64,000 nucleotides of DNA from an uncultured Eubacteriales bacterium (GTDB taxonomy: Bacteria > Bacillota > Clostridia > Lachnospirales > JAISER01): positions 757 to 64,756 of the forward strand of contig CAZJGG010000003.1 in NCBI GenBank assembly GCA_964545475.1, given 5' to 3'. Below the pieces are notes generated by a model that did no database searches, had not been told where the DNA came from, and saw nothing but the letters and a program-made list of their open reading frames with translations. The position numbers were made by a program, and so were the translations under genes. This document shows positions 55,678 to 64,000 of the stretch, one piece after another. Position 1 is the stretch's first letter, and every line of letters starts with the position of its first letter.

Positions 55678-56637
55678 TTATATATGCAAGCAAGCTACGA
55701 AATGCCCCGGTTCTGGCTCAAAAGATGGAATTTTATAAGCCTTGCAGTTGTCTGCGCATTTTGGGCATCTTGTTTGAAATGGGCAGCCAACAGGCAAATT
55801 AACAGTGCTTGGAATATCACCCTGTAAAATCTTACGCTCGCTTTGCCTTGTTGGGTCTGGTATGGGCACGGCGGATAAAAGAGCTTTTGTATATGGGTGC
55901 ATAGGGTTTTTATAAAGCATCTCTTTCGGCGCCATTTCAACAATAGAGCCTAAATACATAACCGCTATACGGTCTGAAATCATTTCAACCACGCTTAAAT
56001 CGTGGGAAATAAACAGATAAGTAAGGGCATAATCTTTTTGCAATTGTTGCATTAAATTAAGCACTTGCGCCTGAATTGAAACGTCCAGAGAAGAAACTGG
56101 CTCATCAGCAATTATAAGCTTTGGGCGCACAGTTAATGCTCTTGCAATACCGATACGCTGGCGCTGACCGCCGGAAAACTCATGAGGCCACCGTCTTGCA
56201 TGTTTCTCATTTAAACCTACAATTTTCAAAAGTTCCCTTGCCGCTTGCAAACGCTCTTTAGAGCTCATTTTTGTATGCACAAGCAAAGGTTCTGCAACAA
56301 GTTCTTCAACTCTCATTCGGGGGTTTAAAGAACCGCTAGGGTCTTGGAATATCATTTGCATATCTTTGCGTAAAGGTCTTACTTCCCTTTCGCTTAAATT
56401 TGATATGTTTAAATCGTCGAAGGTTATTTCCCCGGAATCTGGCTTCATAAGCCTGTTTATAAGCCTGCCTGTTGTAGATTTTCCACAGCCGGATTCTCCT
56501 ACAACGGAAAATGTTTCCCCGGGATAAATCTCAAAGCTAATATCATTTACCGCATGGACAAAACGAGCTTTGCCAAATAAACTTTTCCCGGCAGGGAACT
56601 TTTTAACAACATTTTTTACGGTAACAAGGGGTTTCAT
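55678..56637 (-). CDS. peptide/nickel-type ABC transporter ATP-binding protein (DppF/OppF type)
   Basis: [43 protein letters not shown]. Confidence 0.9.
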   Translation of the reverse strand: MKPLVTVKNVVKKFPAGKSLFGKARFVHAVNDISFEIYPGETFSVVGESGCGKSTTGRLINRLMKPDSGEITFDDLNISNLSEREVRPLRKDMQMIFQDPSGSLNPRMRVEELVAEPLLVHTKMSSKERLQAARELLKIVGLNEKHARRWPHEFSGGQRQRIGIARALTVRPKLIIADEPVSSLDVSIQAQVLNLMQQLQKDYALTYLFISHDLSVVEMISDRIAVMYLGSIVEMAPKEMLYKNPMHPYTKALLSAVPIPDPTRQSERKILQGDIPSTVNLPVGCPFQTRCPKCADNCKAYKIPSFEPEPGHFVACLHI

Positions 56638-57653
56638 TTAACCGCCTCCTTTGCGCCGTTTTCTGTATGCCAGCAGCGGCATTTTCTTGTTTGCCCATAT
56701 TCAAGAAGAACAGGTTCTTCCTTATGGCACTGCTCCGTTGTAAATGCGCATCTAGGTGCAAATTTACATCCAGTAGGCATTGCGGATAAATCCGGCACAC
56801 TGCCGGGAATAGAGGGTAGTGTAGTTACTCCAGAACCAAGCTTCGGAACGGAAGCAATAAGCCCTTTAGTATAAGGGTGCATAGGTTCTGCAAAAAGCTG
56901 GTTTACAGAAGCTTCTTCAACAATTCTCCCTGCATACATAACCATAACCCGGCTGCACATTTCCGCAACAATACCTAAGTCATGGGTAATTAATATTATT
57001 CCGGCGTTATATTCGTTTTTAATGTTGCGCATTAGGTCTAAAATTTGAGCTTGAATCGTAACGTCAAGGGCGGTAGTTGGTTCGTCTGCAATAAGCAATT
57101 TTGGGTTACAGCTCATAGCCATAGCAATCATAACCCTTTGGCTCATGCCCCCAGATAACTGGTGAGGGTAGCTTCGCATAGTTACGCTTGGTACAGGTAT
57201 TCCAACTTGTCTAAGCATATGTTCAGCGTGTTCTGTCGCCTGTTTTTTGATGTAATCCATATGCAGACGAATAGCTTCAACCATTTGCGCTCCAATGCGC
57301 ATAGAAGGATTTAACGAAGTCATAGCTTCCTGAAAAATCATTGAAATGCTTTTGCCCCTGACAGAACGCATTTCTCGCTCACTGCATGTAAGTAGGTCTT
57401 TTCCCTCAAATATAATTTCTCCTCCGGCAATACTGCCTGATGTACTTTTAAAAAGCTGCATAATAGATAATGACGTTACGGATTTTCCACAGCCGGACTC
57501 ACCAACGAGCCCTACAATTTCCCCGGGGTAAACCTGAAAGCTGACATCGTCAATAACCACAACTTTAGACTTTTTCCCTGTTTTAAATTCTGTACGCAGA
57601 TTTTTTATATCAAGCAAAGGCTGGTCTTTTTTTACTAAAGAATTTTCGTTCAT
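56634..57653 (-). CDS. peptide/nickel-type ABC transporter ATP-binding protein (DppD/OppD type)
   Basis: [36 protein letters not shown]. 4-nt overlap with the next gene. Confidence 0.9.
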   Translation of the reverse strand: MNENSLVKKDQPLLDIKNLRTEFKTGKKSKVVVIDDVSFQVYPGEIVGLVGESGCGKSVTSLSIMQLFKSTSGSIAGGEIIFEGKDLLTCSEREMRSVRGKSISMIFQEAMTSLNPSMRIGAQMVEAIRLHMDYIKKQATEHAEHMLRQVGIPVPSVTMRSYPHQLSGGMSQRVMIAMAMSCNPKLLIADEPTTALDVTIQAQILDLMRNIKNEYNAGIILITHDLGIVAEMCSRVMVMYAGRIVEEASVNQLFAEPMHPYTKGLIASVPKLGSGVTTLPSIPGSVPDLSAMPTGCKFAPRCAFTTEQCHKEEPVLLEYGQTRKCRCWHTENGAKEAVK

Positions 57654-57664
57654 AATTTTCCCCC

Positions 57665-58561
57665 TTACTTGATTTTCGGGTCGAGTGTGTCTCTGAGACC
57701 ATCGCCTAAAAGATTAAAAGCCAACACGGTTAAAAATATTAACAACCCCGGAAAATATACTAAATGAGAGCCTACGCCTACGTAACTGCGGCCGGAAGAA
57801 AGCATTGCGCCCCAGTCCGGCTCGGAAACGTTAGCACCGAAGCCTAAAAAGCTTAATGATGCCGCCGCTAAAATAGCAGTACCAATACGCATTGTAAAAT
57901 TTACAATCATTGATTGCAGTGTGCCGGGTAAAATATAAATCCATAAAATTCTGCTGTCGGAACAGCCCACTGAGCGAGCCGCCTCTACATAAAGGCAATG
58001 CTTTACTGTTAGCGTTGCGCTTCTTATAATTCTTGCAAAAGAGGGCACTGTAAAAACGGCGACGGCAATAACTACGTTTATTACCCCTGGGCCGATAACT
58101 GCAACTACGGCAATACAAAGCAAAATATCCGGCATGGCAAAAAGTATATCACTGCTTCTCATAACAAGCATTTCAAGTATTCCGCCGTAATATCCGGCTA
58201 AAATCCCAAGTATACTGCCGAGGGCCGCCCCAATTAAAACGGAGCTTAACGCAACCCCCAAAGAAAGGCGAGAACCAACTAAAAGCCTGCTTAAAACATC
58301 TCTGCCGTATTCGTCTGTTCCCAAAAAATGTTGAGAAGACGGGGCACTTAACAAATTGTCGTAATCCGGCAGTGCAGGGTCGTATGGAGCAAAGCGTGTG
58401 CCGAATATCGCCATTAAAATAAGAAACACAATAAAGCATCCGGCAACAACCGATGTTTTTCTTTGCATAAATTTCTTAAAAAACTCTTTTGTTTTGTTAT
58501 ATTCTTTCATTTCAGGTTCTATGTACTGTTGAGGTGTATTATTGATTTCGGACATTGTCAA
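57665..58561 (-). CDS. peptide/nickel-type ABC transporter permease (DppC type)
   Basis: HFLGTDEYGRDVLSR motif, 6 TM helices. Confidence 0.88.
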   Translation of the reverse strand: MTMSEINNTPQQYIEPEMKEYNKTKEFFKKFMQRKTSVVAGCFIVFLILMAIFGTRFAPYDPALPDYDNLLSAPSSQHFLGTDEYGRDVLSRLLVGSRLSLGVALSSVLIGAALGSILGILAGYYGGILEMLVMRSSDILFAMPDILLCIAVVAVIGPGVINVVIAVAVFTVPSFARIIRSATLTVKHCLYVEAARSVGCSDSRILWIYILPGTLQSMIVNFTMRIGTAILAAASLSFLGFGANVSEPDWGAMLSSGRSYVGVGSHLVYFPGLLIFLTVLAFNLLGDGLRDTLDPKIK

Positions 58562-58571
58562 TCCTCCTTCC

Positions 58572-59492
58572 TTAACTGTATCTGATTTTGGGGTTCAACA
58601 AGCCATACAGCAAGTCTACTATTAAATTAATAACAACATATTCAAAGGCAAAAAACATTAAAAGTGCTTGAACAACTTTATAATCACGGAAAACTATGGA
58701 ATCAATAATCAACCGCCCAACGCCTGGAATTGAAAAAACAGTTTCCACAAGAACAGAACCGGCTAAAAGCGCCCCAATTTGAAGCCCTGTAACAGTTACA
58801 ACCTGCATAAGAGAATTACGGAAAGCATGGCGCAAAACTACAAGCCATTCAATTTGCCCTTTTGCCCGGGCTGTTCTAACATAGTCTTCCTGCATTGTTT
58901 CCATCATTGAGGAGCGGGAAAAACGAGCCAGCATACCCATTATACTGCACCCTAATGTAAATGAAGGCAAAATATAACTTTGCCAGTTTGAAAGCCCTCC
59001 CGTAGGCACAAGCCCTAAATCAACGGCAAATATTTGAATTAGAACAAGCCCGAGCCAGAAAGGGGGCACAGATATGCCTGAGGTTGAAAGCACCATACTG
59101 AAATAGTCCAGCGCCGAACCTCTAAAAACAGCGGATATAACACCAATAAGAACACCAAGAGCAACAGACCATAATATAGCAAACAATGTAAGCTCAATGG
59201 TTGCCCCAAGCCGCCCCATTAACATTTCTGATACAGGAAGCCCTGTTTTATAAGATGTTCCCATATCACCTTGGAACAAATCTTTTATATAATTACCGTA
59301 TTGTACAAGCAAAGGGTCGTTTAGACCAAGAGCTTGTTGTATACGAGCCACATCTTCCGCAGTGGATTCCTTTCCGGCAAGCATTCTTGCCGGGTCGCCG
59401 GGTATCATATGCATAAACATAAAGACGATAAAGGATATAATAATAAGAAGCGGAATAGTGCCAAGTACTCGTTTAATAAAATACCGACTCAA
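58572..59492 (-). CDS. peptide/nickel-type ABC transporter permease (DppB type)
   Basis: RYFIKR...HMIPGDPAR N-terminus and YVRTARAKG loop. Confidence 0.88.
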   Translation of the reverse strand: MSRYFIKRVLGTIPLLIIISFIVFMFMHMIPGDPARMLAGKESTAEDVARIQQALGLNDPLLVQYGNYIKDLFQGDMGTSYKTGLPVSEMLMGRLGATIELTLFAILWSVALGVLIGVISAVFRGSALDYFSMVLSTSGISVPPFWLGLVLIQIFAVDLGLVPTGGLSNWQSYILPSFTLGCSIMGMLARFSRSSMMETMQEDYVRTARAKGQIEWLVVLRHAFRNSLMQVVTVTGLQIGALLAGSVLVETVFSIPGVGRLIIDSIVFRDYKVVQALLMFFAFEYVVINLIVDLLYGLLNPKIRYS

Positions 59493-59564
59493 ATCTGTCC
59501 CTCCTTCATAATTCTTAATAAAACAATCCGGCGGAAAACCACCGGATTGTATAGAGCATCGGAA

Positions 59565-61181
59565 TTAATTAAGAGCAGCGCTTTTAAGGTTAAGAGAACC
59601 GTCCGGTCTTAAAGAAACGCCGCTTAAATAAGTTTTTGTTCCGGCAATAACTTGGTCGTTGCCGAGGAATAACCAAGGAGCATCATCCCAAGCTATTTTT
59701 TGAGCATCAGCGTAAATAGTTTTAAGCTGTTCAGGGTCACTTGTTGCCAAGCCTTCATCTAATAATCTATCAAATTCCGGGTTGTTGTAATATGCAGTGT
59801 TTGCGCTAGTTGGTGGCGCCATTTGGCTGTAAAGAATGCTTCTCATAGAGCCGTCTGCGTCGAAAGAAGAAGCAGACCAGTTTACATACCACATTTCAAT
59901 AGTAGCTTGTGCTTTTTCAACATAAATCAAGCTGTCAATAATGTTAGGCTCCATTGGCACTATGTTTACGTTAATGCCGATTTGAGAAAGTTGTTGCTGA
60001 ACAAACTGCATACCTTTTTCTTCGTTAGTTGTGTTGTCGCCCCAAATTGTTACATCAAAGCCGTCTGGATAGCCTGCTTCTGTCATAAGTTGTTTTGCTT
60101 TTTCCAAGTCATATGTATAAGGTGTTTGAGGGCTGTAATAAGATACTGTGGACGGGAAGCAAGAATTAACTTCGGAAGCATAACCGTTAAAAATTGTTTT
60201 AGCGTATGCATTTTTATCAATAGCATAATTCATTGCTTGACGAACACGTTTATCTGAAAGTTCTTTTTTGTCGTTGTTTAATGTAACATATCTCATAATG
60301 TTAGACGGAGATGCAACAACTTTAATATCTTTTGTGCCATCAACGTTTGGAGCTTGAATTGCCGGAAGAGGATAAATAAAATCCGCTTCGCCTGTTTGAA
60401 GCATAGCAACTCTTGAGCCGTCTTCTGGAACAGCACGGAAAGTAAGGCTGTCTACAGAAGGTTTTTCTCCCCAATATCCGTCAAAAGGATTAACAGTAAT
60501 TCTGTCGCCTTCAATTCTTTCTCCGAATGTGTAAGGACCTGTACCTACAGTAGTTTTAGCCAAGCCTTCGTTGCCAAGTTCTGCAATAGCTTTTGGGCTT
60601 ATTACTAAAAATTGAGTAAACTGGTTAATAAAAGAGCTGTTGGGTTTATTTGTTACAATAACTATGGTATAATCGTCTGGTGCAGTAACGGATTCCCAAG
60701 TGCTTGCACGGCGATATTGGCGGAAAGATTCATTTGCCATAACTCTTTCATAGTTTGCAATGAAAGCCGCTGCGTTAAAATCTGTGCCGTCATGGAATTT
60801 TACGCCTTGGCGTAATTTAAAAGTATAAGTTAAATTGTCGTCGGAGGCTTCGTAACTTTCTGCAAGTACGGGAATGATATTTTGGTTGTCGTCAAAAGAT
60901 ATTAAGCCTTCGTACATAGTACGGCTAACTGTAATTGATAATGTATCAGTAGTGTTATGTGGGTCAAGAGATTGTAAGTCATTGTTAAAAGCTACAACAA
61001 GGTCGTTATCTGGTGATTGTGAGGATGATTGGTCGCTTTGTGCTTCCGGTGCCGGTTGCTCGGCTTGGTTGCCGCCGGCAGTTTCAGTTCCTTGGGCTGG
61101 CTGAGCTGGCTTGCTTGCACAGCCTGCCACAGAAAAACATAATGCAGCAGCTAAGAAAAGCGCTATACTTTTTCTTTTCAT
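59565..61181 (-). CDS. family-5 ABC substrate-binding lipoprotein
   Basis: Lipobox FSVAGC, Gln/Pro/Ser-rich linker, family-5 SBP body (538 aa). Confidence 0.88.
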   Translation of the reverse strand: MKRKSIALFLAAALCFSVAGCASKPAQPAQGTETAGGNQAEQPAPEAQSDQSSSQSPDNDLVVAFNNDLQSLDPHNTTDTLSITVSRTMYEGLISFDDNQNIIPVLAESYEASDDNLTYTFKLRQGVKFHDGTDFNAAAFIANYERVMANESFRQYRRASTWESVTAPDDYTIVIVTNKPNSSFINQFTQFLVISPKAIAELGNEGLAKTTVGTGPYTFGERIEGDRITVNPFDGYWGEKPSVDSLTFRAVPEDGSRVAMLQTGEADFIYPLPAIQAPNVDGTKDIKVVASPSNIMRYVTLNNDKKELSDKRVRQAMNYAIDKNAYAKTIFNGYASEVNSCFPSTVSYYSPQTPYTYDLEKAKQLMTEAGYPDGFDVTIWGDNTTNEEKGMQFVQQQLSQIGINVNIVPMEPNIIDSLIYVEKAQATIEMWYVNWSASSFDADGSMRSILYSQMAPPTSANTAYYNNPEFDRLLDEGLATSDPEQLKTIYADAQKIAWDDAPWLFLGNDQVIAGTKTYLSGVSLRPDGSLNLKSAALN

Positions 61182-61241
61182 TTAGTAAAAACCTCCTTTT
61201 ATTTTTAAAACATGATGTAAAGACCCTAATATTATAAGTCC

Positions 61242-62009
61242 TTAATTTTTAGCATTTAAACAAACAGCGTTAATATATCCGCAGTCAATAATATTAAAGC
61301 GGTCTTCCGGGGGATATAATGCGCCGCCGTAAAAAATACTGTTGTTGTTAGCGGTAGATTTGTCCGTCATTGTTTTGTGAGCCGCCAAATGTATTTGGTC
61401 ACAATTTGTTTCAGTAATAACCCGGTTCATTGTTTTTAAATCAATTCCTGCTCCGGGAAGAATTTCAATGCGCCCGGCTGAATATTCAATCATTTGGCGA
61501 ATTGTTTCCGTGCCAAGAGGAGCTAAAGGTTCTTGTCCGCTTGTAAGCACTCTGGTTATGCCAAGGCTTATAAGTATGTCAAGAGCGGCTTTCCAGTCCG
61601 GCACAACGTCTATTGCACGGTGGAAAACAGTTGTTTTACCATTGGCAATTTTTGACATTTCTTCGGTGCGTTTAACGTCAATTGTTCCGTCTTCATTTAA
61701 AAAGCCGAAAACAATGCCGTCTGCGCCGTGTTCCAAAAGCAGGCGAGCATCCTCTTTTGCTGTTTCATATTCGGTTTCTGTATAACAAAAACCGCCTTCT
61801 CTTGGGCGTACCATTGTAATAATACGCATTTTTGAACCGTTTTCAAGCTTTTCAAGCCCTTTTCTGGCAGCCAAAAGTGTGCCTACCGTAGGTGTAAGCC
61901 CGCCGTGAAACAGATTTGAATTAAGCTCAACACGGGTGGAACCGGCCTTGCAAGCTTCAAGAACATCGTCTGCGCTTCCGCAGCAAACTTCTACAAGAAT
62001 GTCTTTCAT
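61242..62009 (-). CDS. cutC: CutC-family protein (copper homeostasis protein CutC)
   Basis: LVEVCCGSADDVLEACKAGSTRVELNSNLFHGGLTPT N-terminus and FHRAID, typical of CutC. Confidence 0.85.
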   Translation of the reverse strand: MKDILVEVCCGSADDVLEACKAGSTRVELNSNLFHGGLTPTVGTLLAARKGLEKLENGSKMRIITMVRPREGGFCYTETEYETAKEDARLLLEHGADGIVFGFLNEDGTIDVKRTEEMSKIANGKTTVFHRAIDVVPDWKAALDILISLGITRVLTSGQEPLAPLGTETIRQMIEYSAGRIEILPGAGIDLKTMNRVITETNCDQIHLAAHKTMTDKSTANNNSIFYGGALYPPEDRFNIIDCGYINAVCLNAKN

Positions 62010-62193
62010 TGTAATACCTCACTGTTATGTATTATTAATTTATAAACGCATTATAATAAATACTAAACAAAATGTCAATATATATCTTGAAAAAATTAAA
62101 AACATTGTATATAATTAATATATAATTAGTTTTACGGCTAATTAATTATTAAACCTATGATAATATTGGCGCTTAAAAACAAAGAGGTGGGTA

Positions 62194-63378
62194 ATGGTTA
62201 AAAACAGCCGTATAGATCAGGATTTAATGAAGCAGACAAACCGTCAGCTTGTTTTTTCAGAAATTTATAAAGCAAAGGAAATATCAAGAACCCAAATTGC
62301 GCAGATAACAGGCATAAGCGTTATGAGTGCCGGGCGCATTGCAGACGAATTAATTGAGAAAGGGCTTCTTAGAGAAAGCGAAAGCACAGAGCAGCAAACA
62401 GTGGGAAGACCGCCGAAAATACTTACATTGGCAAAAGAAAATCTTAATTGCGTCAGTGTATTTATACAAAGCGGCGGAGTAACCGTTGGAATAACAGACC
62501 CTTATGGAAATATTAAAAGGAAACTTGACATTAAAGAAACTTTAGAGGGGAAATCATCTCTAGAAGCCTTTAAATTTATTGGGGATGTTTTAATAAAATT
62601 TTTAGAGGATAATAAAGACATAACTTGCTTAAAAACTATTGGGGTGGTTATGCCGGGGTTAGTAGACGTTGAAAGCGGCACGCTTGTATTTTCATCTCAT
62701 TTTAGATGGAAAGACGTTCCTGTTGTGGACGTAATGGAAAATATGCTCCCGGAATATACATTTGTGCCGGAAAATGACATAAAAGCTCTTGCGCTGGCAG
62801 AAGGGTTATTTGGCGGAGCAAAGGAATATAAAAATTTTGTTTTGTTAAATATAGGCAACGGTGTTGGTGCGGCGGCTTTTATAAACGGTGAAATTTACAG
62901 AGGGCAAAATAATGCCGCAGGGGAAATAGGGCATATTATTATTAACCCCAGTGGGCGTATGTGCGAATGCGGTAAAATTGGGTGCTTGCAAACTAATGTA
63001 GCGGAATGGGCTATTTTGCAGGAAGCTCGCTCGGTACGCCCTAACCAAAACATACAAATGAAAGATATATTATTAGCTTACGAAGCAGGTGAGCACTGGG
63101 CAAGAAATCTTTTAGACAGAGTTGTGGAATTTACATTTGTTGCGCTTAATTTACTTTCCAACACATTTGCCCCCCAGGCGATTTTGCTGTGCGGAAGCCT
63201 TGTTGAAGAAAACCCATCTTTTAAATCTATGATTTTAAATAACCGGAACAGCCAAAACTATGCTTTTAACAGTAATAATTATAGTTTAGGGTTTTCTTCT
63301 CTTGGCAAGGATGGGGCGGTTATTGGCGGTGCATCTGCAGCTTTTTTCAGCGGTGTTAATAAATTGGTAATAGAATAA
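62194..63378 (+). CDS. ROK-family transcriptional regulator (NagC/XylR-like)
   Basis: N-terminal wHTH (ISRTQIAQITGISVMSAGRIADELIEKGLL). ROK sugar-kinase-like body with GEIGH and the CECGKIGC zinc motif. Confidence 0.88.
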   Translation: MVKNSRIDQDLMKQTNRQLVFSEIYKAKEISRTQIAQITGISVMSAGRIADELIEKGLLRESESTEQQTVGRPPKILTLAKENLNCVSVFIQSGGVTVGITDPYGNIKRKLDIKETLEGKSSLEAFKFIGDVLIKFLEDNKDITCLKTIGVVMPGLVDVESGTLVFSSHFRWKDVPVVDVMENMLPEYTFVPENDIKALALAEGLFGGAKEYKNFVLLNIGNGVGAAAFINGEIYRGQNNAAGEIGHIIINPSGRMCECGKIGCLQTNVAEWAILQEARSVRPNQNIQMKDILLAYEAGEHWARNLLDRVVEFTFVALNLLSNTFAPQAILLCGSLVEENPSFKSMILNNRNSQNYAFNSNNYSLGFSSLGKDGAVIGGASAAFFSGVNKLVIE

Positions 63379-63395
63379 TTAAGGAGAACTATAAA

Positions 63396-64000
63396 ATGTT
63401 TACAGAAAACCGAAAGAATTGGATAAATGAGAAATTCGGCGAGTTTTTCTCTCGTATGCCCCTTGCCGGGGAAAAGGTGAGTTTATGCCTTAAAGATATG
63501 ACGGAAAATGAACAGCTTTCCATGAAGTACACATATGCTTTTATGCCGGTGAGTGATGTTCTTACCTGTTCTACAGAATTAATTGAAGAGTTTGTTAAAC
63601 ACGGAGTAATGCTATATGAAACTGTTTCTTGGTTAAAGGATACGCCTATAGACATATTCTTGCCATTTGTTTTATTTTACCGTATTAACAATGAAGCGGC
63701 AGAACCTTACCGTCAGGAAATATATAATTCTTTATACCCAAGAATTAAAGAAATGGGAGCAAGGGAAGCGGCCTTGGAAGCTAATTATTGGTGCGCAGAA
63801 CATGCAACATACCTTTCAACAGACGACCGCACACTTTCCGCTTCTGCTGTTTTGCGCAGGGGGTTCGGGCGGTGCGGCGAGGAATCCACGCTTTTATGTT
63901 GTGTTTTAAGGAGCATAGGCGTTCCTGCACGCCAATGCTACACCCCAAGGTGGGCTCATTGTGATGATAATCACGCTTGGGTTGAGACTTACATAGACGG
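63396..64000 (+). CDS. transglutaminase-like (Cys-His-Asp) domain protein, N-terminal part; runs off window end
   Basis: Not in the ORF track (open at the window edge). ATG 63396 behind AAGGAGA. Translation ends ...GFGRCGEESTLLCCVLRSIGVPARQCYTPRWAHCDDNHAWVETYID, a transglutaminase-core motif. Confidence 0.7.
   Translation, partial: MFTENRKNWINEKFGEFFSRMPLAGEKVSLCLKDMTENEQLSMKYTYAFMPVSDVLTCSTELIEEFVKHGVMLYETVSWLKDTPIDIFLPFVLFYRINNEAAEPYRQEIYNSLYPRIKEMGAREAALEANYWCAEHATYLSTDDRTLSASAVLRRGFGRCGEESTLLCCVLRSIGVPARQCYTPRWAHCDDNHAWVETYID

Noticed and set aside
55678-59492. Second ABC operon as a horizontally acquired island, because some lines count about 50 percent GC
   Set aside because: Hand counts on a few 60-nt lines overlap the range seen in core genes such as nusA and polC (42-45 percent). 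The adjacent SBP gene is lower (about 38 percent). Without a proper window-wide calculation the claim is not supportable.

Overview
This is a densely coding chromosomal segment from a low/moderate-GC, endospore-forming Firmicute (Clostridia-like). All family calls come from motif and architecture recognition by eye; no searches were run.

Left to right the window holds:
- The 5' part of the conserved rimP-nusA-ylxR-ylxQ operon on the minus strand.
- About 9.5 kb of mixed-orientation genes that separate that operon from polC-ispG. These are a 1640-aa membrane-anchored alpha-2-macroglobulin-like protein translationally coupled to a secreted Memo-like protein, a TIGR04086 membrane protein, a hypothetical protein, an unannotated 58-codon methionine-rich ORF, an M20 peptidase and ung.
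- A tocopherol-cyclase-like gene, a DMT-type permease and a phosphoglucomutase.
- An alpha/beta-hydrolase lipoprotein gene bracketed by 104-bp direct repeats, next to tRNA-Phe and tRNA-Lys.
- A peptide ABC transporter (BCDF-A) followed by ldcA, alr, an M20D amidohydrolase, dppA (M55) and lysA. I read this as a cell-wall peptide salvage locus.
- A methyltransferase.
- An sstT-tdh-kbl-sdaAB-sdaAA Thr/Ser catabolic operon, divergent from a MocR-type regulator. The two share a palindrome made of two overlapping consensus promoters.
- An SLH surface protein with blocks that are about one-third tyrosine.
- A seven-gene tight array, spoVAA-AB-AC-AD, two M16 peptidases and lgt, divergent from dpaAB.
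- An asparaginase-II-family gene.
- A second peptide ABC operon with pepA and cutC, then a ROK regulator and a truncated transglutaminase-like gene.

Intergenic DNA carries a foldback (MITE/REP-like) repeat family whose stems co-vary between copies. No CRISPR array, rRNA gene, transposase or integrase was seen.
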